A DNA stretch of 63,937 nucleotides from Pseudomonadota bacterium (GTDB lineage Bacteria; Pseudomonadota; Alphaproteobacteria; Rhizobiales; Aestuariivirgaceae), in contig JBEARP010000109.1 in assembly GCA_041163105.1 (NCBI GenBank), forward strand, positions 1-63,937, written 5' to 3'. Within the stretch, counting starts at the first letter, position 1. Each line of letters begins with the position of its first letter. Both the position numbers and the translations under genes were made by a program. Below, piece by piece: positions 35,427 through 45,209 of the stretch. Under the pieces are notes generated by a model. That model worked only from the letters and a program-made list of their open reading frames with translations, was not told where the DNA came from and did not search any database.

Positions 35427-36520
35427 GTCGGAAGGCCCAACTCGTCTGCCACCGCGTTGGGAAGAAGTACGGTCATTGTCCCGCTGCTCTTCATCGGGCC
35501 TGCAATCTGCGCCGCACCATCGCCGAAGCCCCAGTAAACATCGCCGCGGGCAAGGCCCGTGATGGCGCTACCGGTATCCTGCGCGATGAGAAGCTGCCGG
35601 AACGGCGTCATGGCATTGTCCACTCCCGACGGGGCCAGCGTGTCCAGCCACACCGGCGTTCCGAGCATCCAAAAGCTGCGGTCCACGGCCAGGCTGTGCC
35701 GGGGCGTGAGCTGCACATGCTGGGCACCAAGCGCGCCGCGCTCAGGATCTTCCAGGTCAATCTCGCGGAAAAACACAAAGGAGCGGTTCTCCCACATCAA
35801 TTCGCGCGCGTCCTCCGGGTTTGACGCCATCCAGGCGCGGATCGCCTGCATGGACATGGCCTTCTCGCTGACCAGGCCGCGTTGCACGAGAAGCCCGCCG
35901 ATGGCGGTATAGGCATGGCCCGATTTGGCGGCGTAGGACAAACGCATGGTGCCACCTTCCGCCAGGCGCACCCGACCTGATCCCTGGATCTGGATGAAGA
36001 AGGCGTCGGCCCAGTCCCTGAGCCACACGATCTCCAACTCCTGTCCCGCCAGGGCGCCCTCCTCAATTTCGCGGCGCGTGAGGTAGGGTGCCGGTGCGCC
36101 CGCTGTGAAGCGGCCATAGGCGAGGCCGCCTCGTGACCTGTCCTCAGCCCCAAAGGTGACGAGATCGGCCGGGCGGCGATAAACTGGGACGTGGAACGCG
36201 TCGCTGCGGCTGCGGCTTCCGTCTACCTCCGGCTCGAAATATCCGGTGAAAAGTCCGGCCGGGCGTTCCCCATCATGGACCCGATAGGCCCGGAACATGC
36301 GCTCGAAGTAACCACGGGCAGGCCCCGACTCGAAGGCGGAGAGGCAGGCGCAACGCCAGGATGACGGGCTGCCGCCAAAGCGAACCAACCGCTTGAAACC
36401 CGAGCCCTGCTCCAGCATTTCGCGGCAGGACAGCCGGAACACGTCGCGTGATGTATCGTGGTCGTGGCCACCCCAGCCCTCAAGATCGGCCAGGTCAGAA
36501 AGAGTGAGTTGACCGTCCAT
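35423..36520 (-). CDS. mltA: Membrane-bound lytic murein transglycosylase A
   Basis: FTGYFEP, QIQGSG, SLAVD, AQDTGSAI, RGDVYWG. Confidence 0.93.
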   Translation of the reverse strand: MDGQLTLSDLADLEGWGGHDHDTSRDVFRLSCREMLEQGSGFKRLVRFGGSPSSWRCACLSAFESGPARGYFERMFRAYRVHDGERPAGLFTGYFEPEVDGSRSRSDAFHVPVYRRPADLVTFGAEDRSRGGLAYGRFTAGAPAPYLTRREIEEGALAGQELEIVWLRDWADAFFIQIQGSGRVRLAEGGTMRLSYAAKSGHAYTAIGGLLVQRGLVSEKAMSMQAIRAWMASNPEDARELMWENRSFVFFREIDLEDPERGALGAQHVQLTPRHSLAVDRSFWMLGTPVWLDTLAPSGVDNAMTPFRQLLIAQDTGSAITGLARGDVYWGFGDGAAQIAGPMKSSGTMTVLLPNAVADELGLPT

Positions 36521-36536
36521 GCCGCGTAGCCGGCGG

Positions 36537-37244
36537 TTATGCCGGTGCTTCGGTGGCCACCAGCTTCCAATTCGGATCACGAGAGCCAACATCGCGCTCG
36601 AAGGTCCAGACATCGGTCACCTGGCGGATCTCCTTCGGATCTCCGTCGATCACCTCTCCGGCCTTGTCATAGGTGGCCGAGATGAGCTCGCTTACGAACT
36701 CCATCGTGATCGTGGCCTTGCGGCCATTGAGGCTCGCCTGCTGGATCTTCGCCTTGTCGATGCCGACAAAACGGGACTCAACCCGCTGGCCCAGGGCCAG
36801 CCGTGAGTCTATCGCACCGGCAAAGCCATCAAAGACATCCTTGGAGAGGAGGTTCTTGAGAGCCGGCTTGTCACCCTTGGCGAACGCCTCAATGATCATC
36901 TCATAGGCCAGCTTTGCGCCGTCCACAAAAGAACGGGGCGTAAAGGAAGGGTCGTTTTCGGCCACGCGGTCGAGCGCCGCGGCAAGCGGCGAGCCGTCCT
37001 CGGCAAAGCCTTTCCATACGGGCGGCGGGGGATCGCGGTCGCCAGCGTCATTGGCGGGCACCGGAACGGTCTCGGGAAGGCGCGTAACGGTCCCGCTGGG
37101 ATCCTGAGCCGGCCCACGTTTCGATCCGAAGAGGTCAAAGGGCGGCTTTTCGGCACCCGTCCTCGTACCGAGCACGGATCTGAGCCGCCAGAAGACCACC
37201 AAGGCCACGGCAAGGAGAAGGATGTTCAGCGGATCAAAACTCAT
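36537..37244 (-). CDS. timA: Tim44/TimA family adaptor protein
   Basis: N-terminal TM, LRSVLGTRTG, AYEMI, DVWTFERD..SRDPNWKL. Confidence 0.9.
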   Translation of the reverse strand: MSFDPLNILLLAVALVVFWRLRSVLGTRTGAEKPPFDLFGSKRGPAQDPSGTVTRLPETVPVPANDAGDRDPPPPVWKGFAEDGSPLAAALDRVAENDPSFTPRSFVDGAKLAYEMIIEAFAKGDKPALKNLLSKDVFDGFAGAIDSRLALGQRVESRFVGIDKAKIQQASLNGRKATITMEFVSELISATYDKAGEVIDGDPKEIRQVTDVWTFERDVGSRDPNWKLVATEAPA

Positions 37245-37311
37245 TCCATCAACCAGTTCGTGGCGCCCAAGGTTTGCGTGTTGCGGCCGGGTGACGCCGC
37301 AGCCGTGCAGC

Positions 37312-37323
37312 ACTATATATAGT
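37312..37323. promoter_or_regulatory. Perfect AT-rich palindrome in timA/fxsA divergent intergenic region
   Basis: ACTATATATAGT; provides CTATAT -10 on both strands. Confidence 0.6.
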
Positions 37324-37366
37324 CCCAACCTTCCGGGTCCAAGGCCAAAGGACGAACCCAAACTCG

Positions 37367-37822
37367 ATGACGCGCTTCCTTCCGCTCCTGTTCCTTGCAG
37401 CCGCAGCTGCCGAAATCGCGTCCATCATCTGGGTGGGCAGCCTGATAGGGGTGTTTCCCACCCTGCTTCTAATGCTGCTCGGGGGAACAATCGGGGTCAG
37501 GCTCATCAAAACCGCAGGGATGAGCCTCGCGGAAGCGATACGCTCACCGGTGCAGAAGGCCACGCCCCTGAAGGGCATCGGCGGGCAGGCAGCTGCGCGG
37601 GCGGTCTCGGGATTGCTGTTCCTTCTCCCCGGCTTTTTCAGCGACGCCCTTGGTTTGTTGCTTTTCCTGCCCCTAGTGAGGCGCTGGCTAGGTTCACAGT
37701 TCCGAGTCGATACCTACAGTACGGTGCGTCCAACAGATGACGGCCGCTTTGGCCCTGTGATCGACGCCGAGGCTGTGGAAATCGCCGGCGAGGTTGAGGT
37801 GCGTGGTCGCGAAGGCGGCTGA
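37367..37822 (+). CDS. fxsA: FxsA family membrane protein
   Basis: EI..IWVG..IG, LLPGFFSDALG; timA-fxsA-secB synteny. Confidence 0.9.
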   Translation: MTRFLPLLFLAAAAAEIASIIWVGSLIGVFPTLLLMLLGGTIGVRLIKTAGMSLAEAIRSPVQKATPLKGIGGQAAARAVSGLLFLLPGFFSDALGLLLFLPLVRRWLGSQFRVDTYSTVRPTDDGRFGPVIDAEAVEIAGEVEVRGREGG

Positions 37823-37894
37823 GGTCCGTATCCCTTCCCGGCTTGCAGCCCCCGAGTGCCCATGTTAGCGAGGGCAAATTCCAGAAAGAGGCCC

Positions 37895-38416
37895 ATGATG
37901 TCCAATACCCCGAAGTCCGACGCTGCTCCGGAAGTCACTGAAGATGGAGGCGCGGCTGCCGGCAACGCGGACCAGACAACGCAGGAGCAGCCCTCGCTGC
38001 GCATCCTCGGACAGTATCTCAAGGATCTGAGTTTCGAGAGCCCGAACGCTCCGCAGTCGCTTGGCCAGGACGCACAGCCCGAGATCAGCATATCGGTCAA
38101 CGTCAACGCCAGGCCCCTGGCAACAACGGATTTCGAGGTAGAGCTTCACCTCGACGCCAAGGCGACAGCGCAGGACAAGGTCGCCTTTGCCGCGGAACTG
38201 ATCTATGCTGGAACCTTCCGGCTCGAGAACTTTCCCCAGCAGATGTTGCACCCCGCGGTCCTCATCGAATGCCCCCGCCTGCTCTTTCCATTTGCCCGAC
38301 AGATCCTCGCCGAGGCCACGCGCAATGGTGGCTTCCCGCCCCTGATGCTGGATCCGATCGACTTTGCCTCCATGTATCAGCGCCGCATGCAGCAGCAGAC
38401 GGTGGGTCAGGCCTGA
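37895..38416 (+). CDS. secB: Protein-export chaperone SecB
   Basis: [35 protein letters not shown]. Confidence 0.97.
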   Translation: MMSNTPKSDAAPEVTEDGGAAAGNADQTTQEQPSLRILGQYLKDLSFESPNAPQSLGQDAQPEISISVNVNARPLATTDFEVELHLDAKATAQDKVAFAAELIYAGTFRLENFPQQMLHPAVLIECPRLLFPFARQILAEATRNGGFPPLMLDPIDFASMYQRRMQQQTVGQA

Positions 38417-38417
38417 T

Positions 38418-39113
38418 TCAGTCAGCCTGCTTCCACAAGGCGTGCTCGCCGAGGTCTGCCACGAAAGCCGAGTGAGCTGCTCGCTCCTCGTCTGTCAGGC
38501 GTGATGGTAATGGAGCGGGCCGTTGATAGGAAATCTGCTGGGCCGCAACCGTGGTTGCGGCCCTCCTTGTAACCGATGCCTCGAGGATAAGAGCCGTTTG
38601 CCGACCTCCGATCAGCTCTAGATAGACCTCCGCCAGAAGCTCTGAATCAAGAAGTGCCCCGTGTTTTGTGCGTCTGCTGTTGTCGATGCCATAGCGGCGG
38701 CACAACGCATCGAGGCTGTTGGCGGCTCCAGGGTGCTTCTGTCGGGCGATATGAAGCGTGTCGACCACCCGCTCCGGCGGAATTGACGGCATTCGCAGGA
38801 AGCCAAGCTCAGCATTGATGAAAGCCATATCGAAGCTTGCATTGTGGATAATCAGCACGTCTTCGGCGAGGAATTCCAAGAAGTCCTGCGCGATTGAGGC
38901 AAAGACCGGCTTGTCCTTAAGGAAGGTGCTGGACAGGCCATGTACTGCCTCCGCTTCTTTCGGCATGTCGCGCTCGGGATTTATGTAGACATGAAAGGTA
39001 CGCCCGGTCGGCAGATGGTTGAGCAGTTCCACCGCGCCGATTTCAACGATGCGGTCACCCTTTGCCGGATCGAGCCCGGTGGTTTCCGTATCGAGGATGA
39101 TTTCACGCACCAT
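38418..39113 (-). CDS. dnaQ: DNA polymerase III epsilon subunit
   Basis: DTETTG, HNASFD, HGALLD, GGRQ. Confidence 0.97.
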   Translation of the reverse strand: MVREIILDTETTGLDPAKGDRIVEIGAVELLNHLPTGRTFHVYINPERDMPKEAEAVHGLSSTFLKDKPVFASIAQDFLEFLAEDVLIIHNASFDMAFINAELGFLRMPSIPPERVVDTLHIARQKHPGAANSLDALCRRYGIDNSRRTKHGALLDSELLAEVYLELIGGRQTALILEASVTRRAATTVAAQQISYQRPAPLPSRLTDEERAAHSAFVADLGEHALWKQAD

Positions 39114-39115
39114 AT

Positions 39116-39712
39116 TCAGGGTCTTCCCTTCACTCTGATATCAGCGATCACGCGTTCAACATGCCGTGCCGTGTCAGCAAGGCTCACCGACGTATCTATC
39201 ACATAATCGGCCTTCGCCCGCTTCACCGCATCGGGCACTTGCCGCGACAGGATGAAGTCCAGTTTTTCGGTGGTCATCCCCGGCCGTGTTAGGGCGCGCT
39301 TCCTCTGCTGTTCCTGATCGGCAGACACGACAATGACAACGTCGACCTCTTTCTCGCGGCCGGTTTCGAACAGCAGTGGAATGTCAAGCACAGCCAGCTC
39401 CGCATGGCGTGCAGCATCAGCTAGAAACGTTGCCTGCCGCGCCCGCACCAGCGGATGAACAATCGCCTCGATGCGCTTCAGCAATGCCGGATCTGCCTGC
39501 ACGAGCGAAGCCAGCTTGCGGCGATCAACACCGTCATGGCCGATCGCATCCGGCACCACAGCACGAAGCGGTTCGACCGCTTCACCACCCGCTGAATACA
39601 TGTCATGCACGGCAGCATCGCTATCGAACACTGGGATGCCCCTAGCTGCGATCATCTTCGCCGTTTCGCTCTTGCCCATGGCAATGGAGCCAGTGAGTCC
39701 CGCGACGATCAT
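39116..39712 (-). CDS. coaE: Dephospho-CoA kinase
   Basis: [24 protein letters not shown]. Confidence 0.96.
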   Translation of the reverse strand: MIVAGLTGSIAMGKSETAKMIAARGIPVFDSDAAVHDMYSAGGEAVEPLRAVVPDAIGHDGVDRRKLASLVQADPALLKRIEAIVHPLVRARQATFLADAARHAELAVLDIPLLFETGREKEVDVVIVVSADQEQQRKRALTRPGMTTEKLDFILSRQVPDAVKRAKADYVIDTSVSLADTARHVERVIADIRVKGRP

Positions 39713-40548
39713 CGTCTGTAGTCCGGATCGATATCACGCGCGACAAGATCATGCAGTTCATCAGTCACCTGCGGCGTTGCGCCAAACCAAAGCGAGAAAC
39801 CACGGACCGCCTGATGAAGCAGCATGCCCAGGCCGTCAACCGTCCGGTTCCCACGCGCCGCTGCATCCGCCAGGAGCTTGGTGCGCAACGGCGTGTAGAC
39901 GATGTCTGTGACAACTGCTTCGACCGGTAGTCGCGACATGTTGAGACCGACTTCAGGCTGACCCTTCATGCCGAGGGATGTGGTGTTCACCAGCAATGCA
40001 CACTCAGTGAGTTGGTCACCGGCCTTATCCCACTCCAGCGGCAACACCTTTGGACCAAAGCGCTGACGGAGCTGTTCGGCCTTTTCGAGGGTCCGATTGG
40101 CCACAACGACTTCCGAGGCACCTTGCTCCAGTATTGCGTTCACAACGGCAAGTGATGCGCCGCCTGCGCCAAGGACCATGACCCGGCCATTCGCAATGTT
40201 GATGTCTGGCACGGAAGACCGAAGGCTGTTGATGAAGCCCTCGCCATCGGTATTGGTCCCCACCGCGCGTCCGTCACGCAAGAACAAGGTGTTCACGGCA
40301 CCCAGTCGTTCGGTCGACTCATCAGCGTGCTTCACGAGGCCGAAGACGGCTTCCTTGTGCGGCAAGGTGACATTGCACCCGGCAAGCCCAGATTGAGGTA
40401 GCTTGGCAATGAATTCAGCAAGGAGCGCGGGTTCTACGGGTCGGCTTGTGTAGCTTCCGTCGATGCCATACTGCTTGAGCCAGTAACCGTGTATGAGTGG
40501 CGATCGCGAATGGGCGATTGGCCAACCAATGACACAGGCATTTATCAT
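39709..40548 (-). CDS. aroE: Shikimate dehydrogenase
   Basis: HSRSP, NVTLPHK, GAVNT, NTDG, GAGGA, GLGMLLHQA. Confidence 0.96.
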   Translation of the reverse strand: MINACVIGWPIAHSRSPLIHGYWLKQYGIDGSYTSRPVEPALLAEFIAKLPQSGLAGCNVTLPHKEAVFGLVKHADESTERLGAVNTLFLRDGRAVGTNTDGEGFINSLRSSVPDINIANGRVMVLGAGGASLAVVNAILEQGASEVVVANRTLEKAEQLRQRFGPKVLPLEWDKAGDQLTECALLVNTTSLGMKGQPEVGLNMSRLPVEAVVTDIVYTPLRTKLLADAAARGNRTVDGLGMLLHQAVRGFSLWFGATPQVTDELHDLVARDIDPDYRR

Positions 40549-41129
40549 GCGTCAACTTCCCCCGCTTCTCGCAGCCGAACCAGCAGCGGCACCAGCGGCA
40601 GGCCAAGTATGGTGAAGTGATCCCCCGAGATGGACTGAAACAGCTGCACGCCGCGCCCTTCGATCTTGTAGCCCCCGACGGACGTTTTGCAGTCATCCCC
40701 AATCGCATCGAGGTAGGCGTCGAGGAACTCGTCGCTGAAGTCGCGCATGACGAGTTGCGCTTCGTCTACGTGTGTCCATGTGATCGTGCCGTCCGTGGCA
40801 AGGACCACAGCCGATATCAGAACATGCATCTGGCCACGCAGCTCTTGAAGCTGGGTGCGGCAATGAGCCCGGTCGCGCGGCTTGCCATAGATTTTGTTCT
40901 CCAAGGCCAGAACCTGGTCGGCGCCGATGACATGGGCACCAGGCTCGCGACGCGACACATCCATCGCCTTTGCCTCGGCAAGCTTGAGGGCTGTTTCACG
41001 CGGCATCCACTGCGGGTTCGCGGCAACTAGAGCCCCTTCGTCTACCAATGGCGCTGCTGCCGTGAAGTCCAATCCGGCGTGTTTCAGCATGGATTGTCGT
41101 GTGGCGCTGGTGGAAGCGAGAACAAGCAT
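40545..41129 (-). CDS. maf: Maf-family nucleoside triphosphate pyrophosphatase
   Basis: LASTS..R, GADQV, GKP, VGGYKIEG, TILGLP. Confidence 0.93.
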   Translation of the reverse strand: MLVLASTSATRQSMLKHAGLDFTAAAPLVDEGALVAANPQWMPRETALKLAEAKAMDVSRREPGAHVIGADQVLALENKIYGKPRDRAHCRTQLQELRGQMHVLISAVVLATDGTITWTHVDEAQLVMRDFSDEFLDAYLDAIGDDCKTSVGGYKIEGRGVQLFQSISGDHFTILGLPLVPLLVRLREAGEVDA

Positions 41130-41130
41130 T

Positions 41131-41967
41131 TTACCTGTCTGATCGTTTGTTGTCTGAGAGCATGTTGAGAATCGTAGCCGCAATCTCTTCCACTGAGCGG
41201 CGTGTGACGTCAATCATTGGCCAGTCATTGTTCGAACACAGTGTCTTCATCAGCATCAGCTCATCTGTGATCTGGCGAGGGTCGACATAGTCGGTCCACC
41301 GGCTCTCCTTCAAGGAGAGAAGCCGGTGCCGCCTGATCTGCGCAATGCGCTCGGCGCTGGCGATCAGTCCCACCAGAAGGGGCCCCTTCAGATCGATCAG
41401 CTTCTGGGGTACCGGAATACCTGGCACGATCGGTATATTTGCCGTTCGGATGCCACGTTGCGCGAGATAGATCGAGGTGGGTGTCTTTGATGTGCGGCTG
41501 ACGCCAAGAATGACGACATCCGCTTTTTCAAGGTCGTCGATGCTCTGCCCATCGTCATGCGACATCGTATAGTTCAGGGCGTCGATGCGGCGGAAGTAAT
41601 CTGAGTTCAATGCATGCTGCCCACCCACCTGCGGTCGCGAGGTGGCATTGAGATACTGAGACAGAATCGAGATAATCGGATCAAGTATGGAAAGGCAGGG
41701 AACCCCCATGGCGTCGCACTGTTCTTCAAGGTGGCGCCTGATGTCCGGGTTGATAAGGGTGAAGAGGACGATTCCGGGCTGCTCCTCGATCTCGCGCAGG
41801 GCCCGATTGAGCTGGGAGGGTGTCCTTACGAGAGCATAAATATGGGCAATGGGCCGGAAGTCGGAATACTGTGCAGCAGCGGCCTTGGCGACAGTATTCA
41901 GCGTCTCACCCGTGGCGTCCGACACCAGATGAAGATGAAAGTAACGCTGTGAACCGGCTTGTGACAT
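41131..41967 (-). CDS. ppsR: Pyruvate phosphate dikinase/PEP synthase regulatory kinase (DUF299)
   Basis: VSDATGET, HDDG, GVSRTSKTP, SVEEIA. Confidence 0.93.
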   Translation of the reverse strand: MSQAGSQRYFHLHLVSDATGETLNTVAKAAAAQYSDFRPIAHIYALVRTPSQLNRALREIEEQPGIVLFTLINPDIRRHLEEQCDAMGVPCLSILDPIISILSQYLNATSRPQVGGQHALNSDYFRRIDALNYTMSHDDGQSIDDLEKADVVILGVSRTSKTPTSIYLAQRGIRTANIPIVPGIPVPQKLIDLKGPLLVGLIASAERIAQIRRHRLLSLKESRWTDYVDPRQITDELMLMKTLCSNNDWPMIDVTRRSVEEIAATILNMLSDNKRSDR

Positions 41968-42291
41968 GGTGTTGATGATTTGTGGACGATGTGGATATCA
42001 GATGGTGTGAAAGTGATTGTCGCCAGCTTGTCCTGCACTCCGTCCACATGTCGGCCTGACGTTAGAATGGCAGAACGGCCATGTGGACAAAGGCTGCAAG
42101 AGAGCACTGCAAGAGATGGTTCCGGTCTTTGGTTCTAGTTCATTAACGGTCTGTTAACACGTCTTAATTTTCCCTTAACGGGAGATATGTGGGTGGGTTT
42201 CTTCAACGATCCACTTGACCTGTGGGCGATCATTGGATTGGGATGTATCCCGCTTCCCGTGGTCCAAACAAAAGAGACAAGAAGAGTCAGA
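41968..42291. other. Putative chromosomal replication origin (oriC)
   Basis: DUF299/hemE intergenic position typical of Caulobacter and rhizobial origins; DnaA-like boxes TGTGGACGA 41981, TGTGGATAT 41990, CCGTCCACA 42040, TGTGGACAA 42082, CGATCCACT 42207; AT-rich core with CtrA boxes; parABS nearby. Confidence 0.85.
42143..42179 (+). promoter_or_regulatory. Two tandem perfect CtrA boxes
   Basis: TTAA-cggtctg-TTAAC (42143-42158) and TTAA-ttttccc-TTAAC (42164-42179). Confidence 0.85.
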
Positions 42292-43338
42292 ATGATAGAG
42301 ACAGGGCAAGGTACCAGGCCAACCCGCAGTGCATTGCTTGATGTTCTGACTCGGAAAACCGCGCAGCGGCGACCGATGTGGTTCATGCGCCAGGCGGGAC
42401 GGTACTTGCCTGAATACCGAGCGGTTCGTGAGAAGGCGGGATCTTTCGTGGATCTCTGTTACAATCCTGAACTTGCCGCTGAGGTAACTATTCAGCCATT
42501 AAGGCGATATGACCTTGACGCTGCCATCCTGTTTGCCGACATCTTGGTGGTCCCCCATGCCATGGGCTTGCCACTGAAGTTTGCCGAGGGTGAGGGTCCG
42601 ATCTTGGGGACCGTCCGCAGCATGGAGGACTTGCAGCGGCTCAAGCCGGTAGCTGGGACATTCGAAGTGAGGCAAGTGTGCCGCACGGTCGGCCTGACGC
42701 GGGCCCAGCTTCCGTCCCATCAGGCTCTTATCGGCTTCTGCGGAGCGCCGTGGACGGTTGCCAGTTACATGGTGGCTGGCGGTAGTTCGGACCGTGTCAT
42801 GGCCAAGGTCGCGGCCTATCAGCGGCAGCCCTGGTTTTGTGCCCTGATCGAGCGACTGGTGACGGAATCCATCGATTATCTCAGCGCCCAGGCCGATGCA
42901 GGGGCCGAGGTGGTTCAGATATTCGACTCTTGGGCAGGTGACCTGGTGGGGACTGAACTGGAGGATTTCGTGATGAGGCCGCTCGCAGCCATTGTGGCTG
43001 GGGTGAAGTCTCGTCACCCGGATTTGCCGGTTATCGTGTTTGCGCGTGGGGTGGGCATGGCGCAGCGCCGGGCTGCCGCGATTCCGGGCGCTAACGCGAT
43101 TGGTGTGGAAACGGAGTTCGAACTGGCCGATCTCCCCAAGGATGTGGTTGTGCAGGGCAACCTGGATCCGGTTGCTCTTCTGGCTGGGAAAGACGTGGTG
43201 GCCTCGGAGGTTCAGCGGATTTGCACATCGGTTGATCGCCAGCGGCATGTCTTCAACCTTGGTCATGGCATCAGGCTGGGGACTGATCCAGAGGTTGTAG
43301 GCTCGGTTGTCGATGCCGTCAGGCGACATGATGGGTGA
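42292..43338 (+). CDS. hemE: Uroporphyrinogen decarboxylase
   Basis: WFMRQAGRYLPEY, GFCGAPWTVASY, QIFDSW, QGNLDP, FNLGHG. Confidence 0.97.
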   Translation: MIETGQGTRPTRSALLDVLTRKTAQRRPMWFMRQAGRYLPEYRAVREKAGSFVDLCYNPELAAEVTIQPLRRYDLDAAILFADILVVPHAMGLPLKFAEGEGPILGTVRSMEDLQRLKPVAGTFEVRQVCRTVGLTRAQLPSHQALIGFCGAPWTVASYMVAGGSSDRVMAKVAAYQRQPWFCALIERLVTESIDYLSAQADAGAEVVQIFDSWAGDLVGTELEDFVMRPLAAIVAGVKSRHPDLPVIVFARGVGMAQRRAAAIPGANAIGVETEFELADLPKDVVVQGNLDPVALLAGKDVVASEVQRICTSVDRQRHVFNLGHGIRLGTDPEVVGSVVDAVRRHDG

Positions 43339-43768
43339 CGCTTATGGCTGGTTGAAAGTTGTCCATATTCTGGCCGTCATCTCGTGGATGGCCGGGCTTT
43401 TCTACCTGCCAAGGCTCTTTGTTTATCATGTTGAAAATAAAGAAAAAAATGACTTAATCGAAGTCTTTAAGGTCATGGAGAGGCGGCTTCTGCGGGCGAT
43501 CATGCGGCCCGCCGCGGCAGTGTCGATTGTGGCCGGTGTGCTGTTGATACATCTGGGTGGGTGGGATCAGTCGATGCCGGTCTGGCTTTGGCTGAAGATT
43601 CTTCTCGTGTTGGCCATGTTGGCGTTTCACGGGTTGCTGGAACGACATGCGGTCAGCCTTCGCGAGGGCCGTGAAACAAAGAATGGTCGGTATTTTCGTA
43701 TCATCAACGAAGTTCCGACGGTCTTGTTGATCGGGATTGTGATTCTGGTGATTATCAAGCCGTTCTGA
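43331..43768 (+). CDS. hemJ: Protoporphyrinogen oxidase HemJ
   Basis: HILAVISWMAGLFYLPRLFVYH, MERRL, NEVPT, KPF. Confidence 0.95.
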   Translation: MGDAYGWLKVVHILAVISWMAGLFYLPRLFVYHVENKEKNDLIEVFKVMERRLLRAIMRPAAAVSIVAGVLLIHLGGWDQSMPVWLWLKILLVLAMLAFHGLLERHAVSLREGRETKNGRYFRIINEVPTVLLIGIVILVIIKPF

Positions 43769-43776
43769 GTTTGTTG

Positions 43777-43805
43777 TTGGCTGAAGTGATGGGAGCGGCT
43801 ATATT
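43777..43805 (+). promoter_or_regulatory. Putative sigma70 promoter of rho
   Basis: TTGGCT-N17-TATATT. Confidence 0.5.
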
Positions 43806-43892
43806 GCTGTTGCTTCGCATCGCCTCCGGCTTGATGCGCCCCCGCCTCAACGTTCCCGCCGCTGCGCCGGAACCCCCCATAGTGAAAAGATA

Positions 43893-45176
43893 ATGACTGC
43901 CATTGACGAGTTGAAAGAGATCAAGCTCCAGGATCTCAAACTGAAGACGCCGGCCGAGCTCGTCTCGCTTGCGGAGGAACTTGAAGTTGAGAATGCGAGT
44001 GCATTGCGCAAGCAAGAGTTGCTGTTCGCAATCCTCAAGAACCTTGCCGTCCGAGATGTCGAGATCATCGGCGAAGGCGTGGTCGAGGTTCTGCAGGACG
44101 GCTTCGGCTTCTTGCGTTCCCCCGATGCCAATTATCTGGCTGGTCCGGACGACATCTACATCAGTCCCAGCCAGATCCGGAAGTTTACGCTTCGCACCGG
44201 CGACACGGTGGAGGGCCAGATCCGCAGCCCGAAGGAAGGCGAGCGGTACTTTGCTTTGGTCAAGGTCAACAGGATCAACTTCGAGGATCCCGAAAAAACG
44301 CGCCACAAGGTGCATTTTGACAATCTCACACCGCTCTATCCCGATGAGCGCCTGGAAATGGAAACGGGTGACCCGACCAAGAAGGACTACTCATCTCGTG
44401 TGATCGACATCGTCTCCCCGCTTGGAAAAGGCCAGCGCGGATTGATTGTCGCCCCTCCGCGTACCGGCAAGACGGTGCTGTTGCAGAACATCGCACATGC
44501 CATCACGGCAAATCATCCGGAATGCTATCTGATCGTTCTGTTGATCGATGAGCGGCCTGAGGAAGTCACCGACATGCAGCGCTCCGTGAAGGGCGAGGTG
44601 ATCAGTTCGACCTTCGACGAGCCTGCCTCCCGCCACGTGCAAGTGGCCGAGATGGTGATCGAGAAGGCCAAGCGGTTGGTGGAGCATGGCCGCGACGTGG
44701 TGATCCTGCTCGACTCGATCACCCGCCTTGGCCGCGCCTACAACACTGTCGTGCCGTCCTCTGGCAAGGTGCTCACCGGCGGTGTCGATGCCAATGCGTT
44801 GCAGCGCCCCAAGCGGTTCTTCGGTGCTGCCCGGAATATCGAGGAAGGTGGCTCACTGACGATCATTGCCACTGCACTGATCGATACCGGCAGCCGCATG
44901 GACGAAGTGATCTTTGAAGAGTTCAAGGGAACCGGCAATTCGGAAATCATCCTTGACCGCAAGGTAGCAGACAAGCGTGTGTTCCCGGCCATCGACATTC
45001 TGCGCTCGGGCACCCGCAAGGAAGAATTGCTGGTCAAGCCAGATATTCTGAAGAAGACCTATGTGCTCCGGCGCATCCTCAATCCCATGGGCACTGTCGA
45101 TGCGGTCGAGTTCCTGCTCGACAAGCTTCGCCAGACCAAGGGCAACAGCGACTTCTTCGACTCCATGAACGCCTGA
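43893..45176 (+). CDS. rho: Transcription termination factor Rho
   Basis: [32 protein letters not shown]. Confidence 0.99.
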   Translation: MTAIDELKEIKLQDLKLKTPAELVSLAEELEVENASALRKQELLFAILKNLAVRDVEIIGEGVVEVLQDGFGFLRSPDANYLAGPDDIYISPSQIRKFTLRTGDTVEGQIRSPKEGERYFALVKVNRINFEDPEKTRHKVHFDNLTPLYPDERLEMETGDPTKKDYSSRVIDIVSPLGKGQRGLIVAPPRTGKTVLLQNIAHAITANHPECYLIVLLIDERPEEVTDMQRSVKGEVISSTFDEPASRHVQVAEMVIEKAKRLVEHGRDVVILLDSITRLGRAYNTVVPSSGKVLTGGVDANALQRPKRFFGAARNIEEGGSLTIIATALIDTGSRMDEVIFEEFKGTGNSEIILDRKVADKRVFPAIDILRSGTRKEELLVKPDILKKTYVLRRILNPMGTVDAVEFLLDKLRQTKGNSDFFDSMNA

Positions 45177-45209
45177 CCAGGCGCACGCGTCGTTCGATTC
45201 GAGGTCGAA

